From contig CAZSMB010000001.1 in the NCBI GenBank assembly GCA_964607625.1, positions 6,090 to 70,089 of the forward strand: DNA of 64,000 nucleotides, written 5' to 3'. This DNA comes from an uncultured Sphingopyxis sp. Lineage in GTDB: Bacteria > Pseudomonadota > Alphaproteobacteria > Sphingomonadales > Sphingomonadaceae. A model generated the notes under the pieces. That model saw only the letters and a program-made list of their open reading frames with translations. It did no database searches and was not told the DNA's origin. Position 1 is the first letter of the stretch. Each line of letters opens with the position of its first letter. Shown here piece by piece: positions 20,353 through 29,328 of the stretch. Made by a program: the position numbers and the translations under genes.

Positions 20353-21788
20353 CCCGCCTGTCGCCCGCGACGCTCGCGACCCTTCCGGCGACCGTGGCGC
20401 GCCCGCGGCACGACCTTGCCGCGGTCCGCACCGGCGTCGTGCATTTCGGCCCCGGCGCCTTTCACCGGGCGCATCAGGCGAGCTATTTCGACGCGCTGCT
20501 CAACCGCGATCCGCGCTGGGGGATCGCCGCGGTATCGCTCCGGTCGGCGTCGACCGTCGAGGCGCTCGCCGAGCAAGGCGGCCTCTATAGCCTGACGACG
20601 CTGGGAGAAGATATCGCGATCCGCGTGATCGCGGCCCACAGCGCCTTCGTGCGGCCGGGGGAGGATGCGGAGGTCCATCGCCTGCTCGCCGACCCTGAGG
20701 TCGGGCTGGTGACCAGCACCGTGACCGAGAAAGGCTATTGCCTGGGCGCCGACGGCGCGCTTGATCTGGCGCATCCCGATATCGTCCACGACCTGGCGGA
20801 CCGTGCGGCGCCGGTCAGCATCATCGGTTGGATCGTCGCCGGACTGGCGGCCCGCCGCGCCGCCGGGGTCGCGCCATTCGCTGTCCTGTGCTGCGACAAT
20901 ATGAACGGCAACGGGACGAAGCTGGCGGCGGCGGCGGTGCTGTTCGCGCGCCAGTTCGACGCCGATCTGGCGGACTGGATCGCCGCCACCGTCGCCTTTC
21001 CCAACACGATGGTCGATTCGATCACTCCGGCCACCGATACCGCGCATCGCGAGCGGGCGCGAGAGCTGCTGGGCGTGGACGATGGCGCCGCGGTGCAGCG
21101 CGAGGGCTTTACCCAATGGGTCGTCGAACATTTCGACCTTCCGGACGGACCCGATCTCGCGGCCGTCGGCGTCGAAATGACGGACGACGTCGCCGCTTAT
21201 GAAAAGGCGAAGCTGCGCATCCTCAACGGCGCGCACAGCAGCCTTGCCTATATCGGTCTCGCGCTCGGCCACGAAAGCGTTGCTGGCGCGATGGCCGACG
21301 AACGCCTCGCCGCCTTTGCCGAGCGATTGATCCGCGCCGACATCATCCCGTCGCTCGCGCCGGCCGCCGGGCTCGACCTGGCGGACTATGCCACGGCGGT
21401 CCTCGCGCGCTTCCGCAATCCGGCGATCCGCCACCTGCTCAGCCAGATCGCGTGGGACGGCACCCAGAAACTTCCGTACCGGCTGCTCGACACCGCATGC
21501 GATGCACGCGCCGCGGGTCGGGCCATCGAACGCCTTGCCGTCCCGATCGCCGCGTGGATGGCCTTCGTTCGCCGCATGGCGCGGCGCGGCGACACGATAA
21601 CCGACCCCCTTGCGGCGCGGCTTTCGGATATCGGTCGCTCCGCGGGCGATGCCCGGGACCTCATGGATGCGCTGCTCGCGCTCGACCTGTTCCCGAGGGC
21701 GCTGGCCGACGACCCCGCCTGGCGCGCCGCGGTCCTGACGGCCCTCGACCGGATCGAGGCGGGGGACATCTATTCGGCGCTCGTCTGA
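20349..21788 (+). CDS. uxuB: Mannitol-dehydrogenase-family oxidoreductase (fructuronate/tagaturonate reductase)
   Basis: HFGPGAFHRAHQ, TVTEKGY, CDN, FPNTMVDSITP and KLRILNGAHS; TTG start overlapping the uxaA stop. Confidence 0.8.
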   Translation: MTRLSPATLATLPATVARPRHDLAAVRTGVVHFGPGAFHRAHQASYFDALLNRDPRWGIAAVSLRSASTVEALAEQGGLYSLTTLGEDIAIRVIAAHSAFVRPGEDAEVHRLLADPEVGLVTSTVTEKGYCLGADGALDLAHPDIVHDLADRAAPVSIIGWIVAGLAARRAAGVAPFAVLCCDNMNGNGTKLAAAAVLFARQFDADLADWIAATVAFPNTMVDSITPATDTAHRERARELLGVDDGAAVQREGFTQWVVEHFDLPDGPDLAAVGVEMTDDVAAYEKAKLRILNGAHSSLAYIGLALGHESVAGAMADERLAAFAERLIRADIIPSLAPAAGLDLADYATAVLARFRNPAIRHLLSQIAWDGTQKLPYRLLDTACDARAAGRAIERLAVPIAAWMAFVRRMARRGDTITDPLAARLSDIGRSAGDARDLMDALLALDLFPRALADDPAWRAAVLTALDRIEAGDIYSALV

Positions 21789-21839
21789 AAGGCAGAGGGC
21801 GAGCGCCCGCCACCGACAACATAATGGGAAGGATCGCCG

Positions 21840-23129
21840 ATGGCCACGACGGGACAGGATACGATAGGAAAGGCGGCGGCACGCGCGGGACACTACCGCT
21901 GGGTCGTCGTCGGGCTGTTGTTCGCCGCGACGGTCATCAACTATATCGACCGCCAGATGATCGGCGTGCTCAAGCCGACACTTTCGCAAGATCTGGGCTG
22001 GAGCGAAACCGACTTCGCCAACGTGATCTTCTGGTTTCAGGCGGCCTATGCGATCGGATATCTGGGGTTCGGCCGGATCGTCGACGTCGTCGGGGCCCGG
22101 CTCGGCTACACGGTCGCGTTCATCATCTGGCAGCTCGCGCACATCGCGCATGGCGGCGCGATGTCGGTGACGCAGTTCGCGATGGCGCGGTTCGGGCTCG
22201 GCATCGGGGAATCGGGGAATTTCCCGGCCGGCATCAAGGCGGTGACCGAATGGTTCCCCGCGCGCGAGCGCGCGCTGGCGATCGGGATATTCAACGCCGG
22301 CGCCAATGTCGGCGCGATCGTCACGCCGTTGCTCGTCCCGCTGCTCGTCGTCGCCTACGGCTGGCGGATGGCGTTCGTCATTACCGGCGTGGCGGCCTTC
22401 GTCTGGCTGATCGCCTGGTGGACCCTCTATCGCCGCCCGCGCGAGCATCCGAAAGTCAGCGCGGGCGAACTCGCATGGATCGAACAGGATCCGGTCGATC
22501 CCGTCGTCCAGATGCCCTGGAAACAACTCGTGCGCGTGCGCGAAACCTGGGCCTATGCGATCGGCAAATTCTGCATCGACCCGATCTGGTGGTTCTTTCT
22601 CTTCTGGCTGCCCGGCTATCTCGGCGAACGCTACGGTCTCGACCTGCTCAGTTTCGGGCCGCCGCTGGTCGCCGTCTATCTCTTGTCCGATATCGGTAGC
22701 GTCGCCGGCGGCTGGATGTCCTCGCGGCTGATGAAAGCCGGCAAGAGCGTGAACTATGCGCGCAAGGCCGCGATGCTGCTCAGCGCGATCGCGGTCCTGC
22801 CCGTGTTCTTTGCCCAGAGTATCGACAATCTGTGGCTCGCGGTCCTCGTCATCGGCATTGCCGCGGCGGCGCACCAGGCCTTTTCGGCGAATCTCTATAC
22901 ATTGCCCTCTGACGTGTTTCCGCGCGCCGCGGTCGGGTCGGTGATCGGCATCGGCGGAACGGCCGGTGCGATCGGCGGGATGCTGATGGCCAAATATGCG
23001 GGCTTCGTGCTCGATTCGCTCGGCACCTATACGCCGCTGTTCGCCGTGGCGGGGAGCGCCTATTTCATAGCCCTTGTCGCGGTGCACCTGCTCTCTCCGC
23101 GCCTCGCGCCGGTCGATGTGACGCGCTGA
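21840..23129 (+). CDS. exuT: Hexuronate MFS transporter
   Basis: INYIDRQ, EWFPARERA, DPIWWFFLFWLP and HQAFSAN. Confidence 0.88.
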   Translation: MATTGQDTIGKAAARAGHYRWVVVGLLFAATVINYIDRQMIGVLKPTLSQDLGWSETDFANVIFWFQAAYAIGYLGFGRIVDVVGARLGYTVAFIIWQLAHIAHGGAMSVTQFAMARFGLGIGESGNFPAGIKAVTEWFPARERALAIGIFNAGANVGAIVTPLLVPLLVVAYGWRMAFVITGVAAFVWLIAWWTLYRRPREHPKVSAGELAWIEQDPVDPVVQMPWKQLVRVRETWAYAIGKFCIDPIWWFFLFWLPGYLGERYGLDLLSFGPPLVAVYLLSDIGSVAGGWMSSRLMKAGKSVNYARKAAMLLSAIAVLPVFFAQSIDNLWLAVLVIGIAAAAHQAFSANLYTLPSDVFPRAAVGSVIGIGGTAGAIGGMLMAKYAGFVLDSLGTYTPLFAVAGSAYFIALVAVHLLSPRLAPVDVTR

Positions 23130-23147
23130 CGCGGTCGAACCGCGGCA

Positions 23148-23175
23148 CGCCCGCCGGGGATTGCCTCGGCGGGCG
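23148..23175 (+). terminator. GC-rich hairpin after exuT
   Basis: CGCCCGCCGGGG-attg-CCTCGGCGGGCG; no clear U-tract. Confidence 0.45.
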
Positions 23176-23186
23176 GTGCTGAATAT

Positions 23187-23200
23187 ATATAATAATACTA
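23187..23200. promoter_or_regulatory. Motif A, copy 3
   Basis: ATATAATAATACTA upstream of TBDR1. Confidence 0.6.
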
Positions 23201-23333
23201 ATGACTAAGCGGCCCGTTCGCGGTCAGGTCGGGGGCGGCCGGCGCGCCCGCTTTCGATTTTCAGCGGGATAGCTTGCTTTTTTTACGCTTCGATCACCGA
23301 AAACTGTTGCCATTGCCATGTCAGTTACGGTAT

Positions 23334-23345
23334 CTGAGATATCAG
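23334..23345. promoter_or_regulatory. Motif B (CTGAGATATCAG), candidate GntR operator
   Basis: Near-palindrome; related copies at 28509, 29286, 47445, 60654 and 60720. Confidence 0.6.
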
Positions 23346-23401
23346 TTAAGGGCGGTGCAATTTCTCACGACGCTGCCCGGTCTGTGGAGGAGGGTTGTTT
23401 C

Positions 23402-26188
23402 ATGTCTGTTTTAAAGCGAGTTCTGGTCGGCGGCATCGCGGTTTCCGCGTTGGGCATCGGGTTGTCCATGCCCGCATTCGCCCAGACCGAGCCGGCCGAT
23501 GCCGCTCAGCCGGCCGCCGAAGGCGACGCCGCGGCCGACGCCATCATCGTGACCGGGATCCGCGCCAGCCAGCGCGCGTCGATCGACCTGAAGCGTGACA
23601 ATGTCGCCGTCGTCGATTCGATCGTGGCCGAAGACATGGGCAAGCTGCCCGACCAGAATGTCGCCGAATCGCTCCAGCGCATCGCCGGCGTCACGATCGA
23701 ACGCAACCGCGGCGAAGGGCGCTTCGTCACCGTGCGCGGCTTCGGTCCGAAGTTCAACGCCGTCACGGTCAACGGGCGCACCCTCGCCACCGACAACAAC
23801 GGTCGCGAATTTTCGTTCGACGTCCTGCCGTCCGAAGTGATTTCGGGCGCCGACGTGTATAAATCGCCGCAGGCCAACCTCAACGGATCGTCGATCGGCG
23901 CGACCGTCGACATTCGCACGATGCGCCCGCTCGACCAGCCGGCCGGGCTGAAGCTCGCCGGGTCGGCGACGATGCAATGGTCCGAGCTGTCGGACAAATA
24001 TAATCCCGAGGTCGCCGCCGTCGGCAGCTGGCGCAACGACGCCGGCAGTTTCGGCGTGTCGCTGTCCGCCGTCTGGGCGAAGCAGAAGAACCGCGACGAC
24101 GAATTCACCATCGGCGCCGGGCATGTGCGGCGGTCGAGCACCGATTCCTATTACACCGCGGGTGGCGTTCAGAGTGCGCGCATCGGCGACGATGTGGAAC
24201 CCTTTTCCAATGTTTCGATGCCGTCGAACCTGTCGCCCTTCTTCTTCGAGCGCGATCTGCGCCGCTGGGGCCTGAGCGGCGCGGTGCAGCTTCGCCCGTC
24301 CGACCGCTTCACGGTGACGATCGACGGGCTCTACACCAAGTCGCGCTTCATCGAGCAGCAGACCGGCCTCGCCTATGACTTCTCGGGCGGGACGCTGGTC
24401 GAGCAGGTCGTCGAAGGCGGCAGCGTCGTGAACGGGGTCCAGACCGGCGGCGAGGCGGTTTACCAGCGCTATGTCGGCGGGTTCGTCGACGAGATCATCC
24501 AATATGACGATCGCGACGTGACGACCGACCAGATCGGCGTCAACGTCGACTGGCAGGCGACCGACGATTTGAAGCTGCGCTTCGACATGTCGCTGTCGAA
24601 CGCGCGCAAGCGCGGCGCCGAGAACAATCTGTTCACGACGATCCGCCGCAAGAACATCGACCATTGGTTCGACCGGAGGTCGGGCTCGCCGATCTACGAC
24701 TATGGCCTCGAAAGCCCCAATTATTCCAATGCGGCGACCAATCCCCAGGGACTGACCGCGCACTATTATATCTGGGGCGGCGGATCGAACGGCGACGACG
24801 AGATCCAGGAATATCGCGGCGATGCCGACTGGAACCCCGGCGGCGGCGACCTGACCATCTCTGCCGGCGTGATGGCGTCGAAGCGGCTCAAGACGATCGA
24901 GGGCTTCGAAATGCCCTTTGGCCAGCAATGCGCCTATTGCGGATCGGACCGCGCGCTTCCCGAAGCGCTGTTCCAGTCGACCGACCGCAATTTCTTCTCG
25001 GGCTATGACGGCAATATCCTGCACGACTGGATCATCTACGATCCCCGTGCGCTGGTGCAGCAGGTCGATGCCTATGCCGCCGAAGACGGGATCACCTTCG
25101 ATCCGGCGGTGCGATCGGCCTCGGCGTCGTCGGTGATCGACGAAAAGGTGCGCGCGGCCTATGTCATGGCGTCGCTCGACACCGAACTCGGCGGCATGCC
25201 GCTCGCGATCAACGCCGGCGTGCGGTTCGAGGATACCGACTATACTTCGGCGGGCGCATCGCGCACCGTCCTCAGCGCGCGACCCCGGGTCGACGAGAAC
25301 GGCGACCCGACCGGGCAGAACGACATCGTCGTGTCGGACATCGTGCCGGTCAGCTTCCGCGGCAAATATCACGACTGGCTGCCGTCGCTCAACGTGCGGC
25401 TCGACGTTACCGACAATCTGGTGCTGCGCCTCGCGGGGTCGAAGGTGATGACGCGCCCGACGCTGACCGACCTGTCGCCGCGCCAGTCGATCCAGACCAA
25501 CCCGGGCAACGAGACCATCCGCCGCGGTAACCCCGACCTCGCACCGTTCCGGGCGTGGCAGGCCGAGCTGGGGGCCGAATGGTATTTCGCGCCGGATTCG
25601 CTGATCAACGCGGCGGTCTTTTACAAGAAGATCGACAGCTTCGTGACGCTGATCACGACGCCGCAGCAGGTCGACGAAATCACCTTCCAGGTCACCGTGC
25701 CGGGCAATGGCGACGGCGCGACGGTCAAGGGTTTCGAGATCGGCTATCGCCAGTCGTTCGCCAACTGGCTGCCGGCGCCGTTCGACGGCTTCGGCGTCCA
25801 GACCAGCTTCAACTATACCGACTCGAACGCCAATTACCCGAGCGTCGTGGCGGGGGCGACCTACAGCCTCGAGGGCCTGTCGAAATATTCGTACAGCCTT
25901 GTCGGCTATTACGAGAAATACGGTATCCAGGCGCGTGTCGCCTATACCTATCGCGACGATTTCCTGCAGACCGCGGTCGGCCGCAACAGCGAGCAGGAAT
26001 ATTTCAACGGCTACGGCCAGCTCGATGCGAGCCTGTCCTATGACCTGACCGACAATTTCACGGTATTCGTCGACGGGCTCAACCTGACGAACTCGAAGGA
26101 GTTCCTCTATTCGATGACGCCCGATCGCACGAAGGAATATCGCATGACCGGACGGCGGCTGTCGTTCGGGGTGCGCGCCAAATTCTGA
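23402..26188 (+). CDS. TonB-dependent receptor 1
   Basis: Signal peptide; IIVTGIRAS, GKLPDQNVAESLQRIAGV, GNPDL and a C-terminal Phe. Confidence 0.95.
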   Translation: MSVLKRVLVGGIAVSALGIGLSMPAFAQTEPADAAQPAAEGDAAADAIIVTGIRASQRASIDLKRDNVAVVDSIVAEDMGKLPDQNVAESLQRIAGVTIERNRGEGRFVTVRGFGPKFNAVTVNGRTLATDNNGREFSFDVLPSEVISGADVYKSPQANLNGSSIGATVDIRTMRPLDQPAGLKLAGSATMQWSELSDKYNPEVAAVGSWRNDAGSFGVSLSAVWAKQKNRDDEFTIGAGHVRRSSTDSYYTAGGVQSARIGDDVEPFSNVSMPSNLSPFFFERDLRRWGLSGAVQLRPSDRFTVTIDGLYTKSRFIEQQTGLAYDFSGGTLVEQVVEGGSVVNGVQTGGEAVYQRYVGGFVDEIIQYDDRDVTTDQIGVNVDWQATDDLKLRFDMSLSNARKRGAENNLFTTIRRKNIDHWFDRRSGSPIYDYGLESPNYSNAATNPQGLTAHYYIWGGGSNGDDEIQEYRGDADWNPGGGDLTISAGVMASKRLKTIEGFEMPFGQQCAYCGSDRALPEALFQSTDRNFFSGYDGNILHDWIIYDPRALVQQVDAYAAEDGITFDPAVRSASASSVIDEKVRAAYVMASLDTELGGMPLAINAGVRFEDTDYTSAGASRTVLSARPRVDENGDPTGQNDIVVSDIVPVSFRGKYHDWLPSLNVRLDVTDNLVLRLAGSKVMTRPTLTDLSPRQSIQTNPGNETIRRGNPDLAPFRAWQAELGAEWYFAPDSLINAAVFYKKIDSFVTLITTPQQVDEITFQVTVPGNGDGATVKGFEIGYRQSFANWLPAPFDGFGVQTSFNYTDSNANYPSVVAGATYSLEGLSKYSYSLVGYYEKYGIQARVAYTYRDDFLQTAVGRNSEQEYFNGYGQLDASLSYDLTDNFTVFVDGLNLTNSKEFLYSMTPDRTKEYRMTGRRLSFGVRAKF

Positions 26189-26233
26189 TTGTCCCCCCTG
26201 GGGCGGCGGCCTCCCTGCCGCCCCTTCGACATC

Positions 26234-26271
26234 GAGGGACCTTCCGCGAGCCCGGAAGGTCCCTCTTTTTT
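26234..26271 (+). terminator. Rho-independent terminator
   Basis: Perfect 13-bp stem GAGGGACCTTCCG/CGGAAGGTCCCTC followed by T6; a second hairpin lies at about 26200-26224. Confidence 0.85.
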
Positions 26272-26331
26272 GTCTGTTACGCGCGCGCTGGCGCACCCGG
26301 GGACGGGGCCGCGGCGCGTTCGATCGGGGGG

Positions 26332-26718
26332 TCAGCGGTCGAGCCGGTGAAAGTCCAGGTGGTCGGTCAGCCGGTAGATGCAGTCCATCGCCATCCAGCT
26401 TCCGTCGGGACCCGCCGCAGGGATCGGCTGCTGGAACCGCTGCATCAGCGCGATCCATTTCTGAACGTGCGGATTGGCGGCGTCGGCTTCTGCCTTCGCC
26501 GCGTCCGAATATCGGTCGTCGGCGTCGATGATCATGAACAGACGGTTGCCGGCCCGGAAGATCTCCATGTTGAGGATGCCGGCATCGCGGATCGAGCGCA
26601 CGATTTCGACCGGCGCCTCGCCGGGCCGGTGCCAGCGTTCATATTCGGCGATCAGGTCCGCATCGTCGACCAGGTCGAGCGCCAGGCAGATGCGCCGGGT
26701 CGTCGCGCTGTCGCTCAT
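26332..26718 (-). CDS. L-rhamnose/L-fucose mutarotase (RhaM family)
   Basis: LDLVDDADLIAEYERWH, SIRDAGILNMEIFRAGNRLFM and NPHVQKW. Confidence 0.82.
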   Translation of the reverse strand: MSDSATTRRICLALDLVDDADLIAEYERWHRPGEAPVEIVRSIRDAGILNMEIFRAGNRLFMIIDADDRYSDAAKAEADAANPHVQKWIALMQRFQQPIPAAGPDGSWMAMDCIYRLTDHLDFHRLDR

Positions 26719-27446
26719 GCGTTGGTCCAGCCGCCGTCGATAACCTGGGCGGTGCCGGTCGTGTATGCCGATTCGTCGCTTGCGAGATACAGCGCGAGCT
26801 GGGCGATTTCTTCGGCGCGGCCGAGGCGTCCCATCGGCTGGCGGGCGATGAAGTCCGCGCGCGCCTTCGCCGCGTCGCCGGTCGCCGCCATGCGGTCGTC
26901 GAGCGAGGGCGATTGCACCGTTCCCGGGCAGATCGCATTGCACCGGATGCCCTGCGCCACGAAATCCTGCGCGACCGACTTGGTCAGGCCGATCACCGCC
27001 GCTTTCGAGGCGCCGTAGACGAAGCGATTGCCGACCCCGATGATCGATCCCGCGACCGAGGCCATGTTGACGATCGACCCGCCGCCGCGCCCGATCATGG
27101 CGGGCAGGAAGGCGCGGATCATCCGGTAGGTCGATTTGACGTTGAGATCGAAGGAGAAATCGAAATCGGCTTCGTCGGTCGTCAGGATCGTGCCGGCATG
27201 GACGAAACCCGCACAGTTGAACAGGATGTCGACGCCGCCGATATCGGCGGCGAGCGCCTCGATCGCCGCCGCATCGCGCAGGTCCATCACGCGCGTTTCG
27301 CAGCCTTCGACGCTGGCCAGCGTGTCGGGGTTGATGTCGATGGCGATCGTCCGCGCGCCCTCGCGGGCGAACAGGTCCGCGCTGGCGCGACCGATCCCTT
27401 GGCCGGCGGCGGTCACGATGGCGGTCTTGCCGGTCAGGCGAGGCAT
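26715..27446 (-). CDS. SDR, 2-keto-3-deoxy-L-fuconate dehydrogenase-like
   Basis: TAAGQGIG, NCAGFVHAG, NRFVYGASKAAV, ICPGTVQSPSL and RQPMGRLG. Confidence 0.78.
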   Translation of the reverse strand: MPRLTGKTAIVTAAGQGIGRASADLFAREGARTIAIDINPDTLASVEGCETRVMDLRDAAAIEALAADIGGVDILFNCAGFVHAGTILTTDEADFDFSFDLNVKSTYRMIRAFLPAMIGRGGGSIVNMASVAGSIIGVGNRFVYGASKAAVIGLTKSVAQDFVAQGIRCNAICPGTVQSPSLDDRMAATGDAAKARADFIARQPMGRLGRAEEIAQLALYLASDESAYTTGTAQVIDGGWTNA

Positions 27447-27462
27447 GGAATTTCCTTTCAGA

Positions 27463-28494
27463 TCAGGCGGGAGTGGGGGCGTCGGCGCGGATCAGGCCCG
27501 CCGAACGCATGTCCGCCCAGAAGGCGGCGGGAATGGGATGGTCGACCTGTCCGACCGCCTGCTTCACCCGCGCGGCGCTGTTCATGCCGGGGATTACCGA
27601 GGCGACCTGCGGATGGGCGAGCGGGAATTGCAGCGCGGCGGCCGCGAGCGGAACATGATGATCGTCGCACAGTGCCTCGATCGCCGCAACGCGCGCGACC
27701 GTTTCCGGCGACGCCGGTTGATATTCATAGTGGAACGGGCCGGGACCCTTGACCCCATGCGCCAATATGCCGCTGTTATAGGGGCCGCCGATCACGACCT
27801 GCACGTCGCGTGCAGCGCACAGCGGCAGGAAGCTGTCGAGCGCCTCCTGTTCCAGCAGGGTATAGCGGCCGGCAAGCAGCATCATGTCGAAATCGCCCGC
27901 GGCGAGTGCTTCCTCGCAGACCTGCCATTCGTTGACGCCAAGCCCGATGGCCCCCACCACGCCGCCGTCGCGCAGTTCGCGCAAGGCGCGATAGCCACCG
28001 TCCATCAACTCGCGGAACAGGCGCGGATGATCGTCGCCGTGCGCATAGCGACCGATGTCGTGGACATACAGGATGTCGATGCGCTCGCGGCGCAGGCGGC
28101 GCCGGCTGCCCTCCCACGACCGCATCACCGCGTCATAGCTGTAATCGAACACGCTCTCGAACGGCTCGGGCGAGACGAAGGCCTGTCGGGACTGCGACAG
28201 GTCGGTTCCGGGCGCGACCGGATCGAGGCGACGGCCGACCTTTGTCGAAACGATGATGCGTTCGTCGGGATCGGCCTGGGCAAGCGCGGCGCCGAGCCGT
28301 TTTTCGGCGAGCCCGAAGCCATAGTGGGGCGCGACGTCCATATAGGCGATACCCGCATCGAGCGCGGCGCGCACCGTGGCTTCGGCATCGGCGTCGCGCA
28401 TCGGCCGGTACAGGTTCCCGAGCGTCGAGCATCCGAATCCCAGTCGGCCCAGGCGGTTTTGGTCGAAGGCGTGGCGGTCGGGCACGATGGTCAT
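27463..28494 (-). CDS. Aldo/keto reductase, D-threo-aldose (L-fucose/L-galactose) 1-dehydrogenase-like
   Basis: LGNLY, DVAPHYGFGLAE, STKVGR, FDYSYD, YVHD and LAGRYTLLEQ. Confidence 0.8.
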   Translation of the reverse strand: MTIVPDRHAFDQNRLGRLGFGCSTLGNLYRPMRDADAEATVRAALDAGIAYMDVAPHYGFGLAEKRLGAALAQADPDERIIVSTKVGRRLDPVAPGTDLSQSRQAFVSPEPFESVFDYSYDAVMRSWEGSRRRLRRERIDILYVHDIGRYAHGDDHPRLFRELMDGGYRALRELRDGGVVGAIGLGVNEWQVCEEALAAGDFDMMLLAGRYTLLEQEALDSFLPLCAARDVQVVIGGPYNSGILAHGVKGPGPFHYEYQPASPETVARVAAIEALCDDHHVPLAAAALQFPLAHPQVASVIPGMNSAARVKQAVGQVDHPIPAAFWADMRSAGLIRADAPTPA

Positions 28495-28508
28495 GCCCGT
28501 CGCCTAGC

Positions 28509-28520
28509 CTGATATCTCAA
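28509..28520. promoter_or_regulatory. Motif B copy (CTGATATCTCAA)
   Basis: About 15 bp upstream of the AKR start; a weaker copy lies at 28530-28541. Confidence 0.55.
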
Positions 28521-28553
28521 AAATCTCAATTCATATTTCAGTAAACGGCTCGA

Positions 28554-29270
28554 TCAGAACATTCCGAGGATGCGTTGCAGCGCGGCCTGGAAATGGGCTG
28601 CGATCGCCGCTTCGGCGCGGTCGGGGTCGCGGGTGGCGAAAGCTTCGAGAATTTCGATATGCTCGCCAAGCGTTCGCAGCGCGAGCGGCGCGGTAACCAG
28701 GCGGTCGAGGCGGATCAGCGTGACGTAGTTCTTCAGCCTTCGCGCGGTATTTTCGATCAGCGGGTTCTGCATGTTCGCGATCATGCTGCCATGCAGGCCG
28801 ACCTCCAGCACCTCGAGCTGGTCGAGCGCGCCCGCGCTGAGCCCTTCGGTCTCGATCCGGGTCATTAGCGCCTTGTGATCGGCGATCAGTTTGCGGGCCA
28901 TCTCGGCATCGCCGGTTTCGGCATAGCGGCGGGCCGCGGCGCGTTCGATGATCGAGCGGAACTGATAGGTGCTGCGCGCGAGCTCCAGATCGGGCTTCAG
29001 GAACTGGATTCCCGAACGCGGATGAATCGTCAGAACGCCTTCGGCTTCGAGCACGCGTAGTGCGTCGCGAAGCGGCTGTACGGGGATGCCAAGCAGCCGG
29101 ACGAGGTCGTTTTGCGAGACGAACGCGCCGGCGGGAACCTTTTGGTCGAAGAGGCCCTGCAGGATCGCCTTGTAGGCGACATCGCTCAGCCGCTCGCCGT
29201 TCGTCGGGCGCTCTCCCGCTACAGTCCCCTCGGCGTCAAAAGCCGCTTGCCGTTTGCCCCCTTCTGTCAT
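28554..29270 (-). CDS. GntR-family regulator (FCD domain)
   Basis: wHTH region SQNDLVRLLGIPVQPLRDALRVLEAEG...PRSG; FCD motif EH..IL. Confidence 0.88.
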   Translation of the reverse strand: MTEGGKRQAAFDAEGTVAGERPTNGERLSDVAYKAILQGLFDQKVPAGAFVSQNDLVRLLGIPVQPLRDALRVLEAEGVLTIHPRSGIQFLKPDLELARSTYQFRSIIERAAARRYAETGDAEMARKLIADHKALMTRIETEGLSAGALDQLEVLEVGLHGSMIANMQNPLIENTARRLKNYVTLIRLDRLVTAPLALRTLGEHIEILEAFATRDPDRAEAAIAAHFQAALQRILGMF

Positions 29271-29285
29271 ATCTAATCCCCGTAT

Positions 29286-29297
29286 CTGATATTTCAC
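29286..29297. promoter_or_regulatory. Motif B copy (CTGATATTTCAC) in the divergent gntR/enolase promoter
   Basis: Sits between the divergent starts at 29270 and 29329. Confidence 0.55.
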
Positions 29298-29328
29298 GTT
29301 TGGCATCTGGAAGATGGTAGCACCGAAT

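Noticed and set aside
19995-23087. 1030-aa minus-strand ORF
   Set aside because: Antisense shadow of uxaA/uxuB/exuT caused by high-GC codon bias; no recognisable motifs.
23411-26458. 1015-aa minus-strand ORF
   Set aside because: Antisense shadow of TBDR1.
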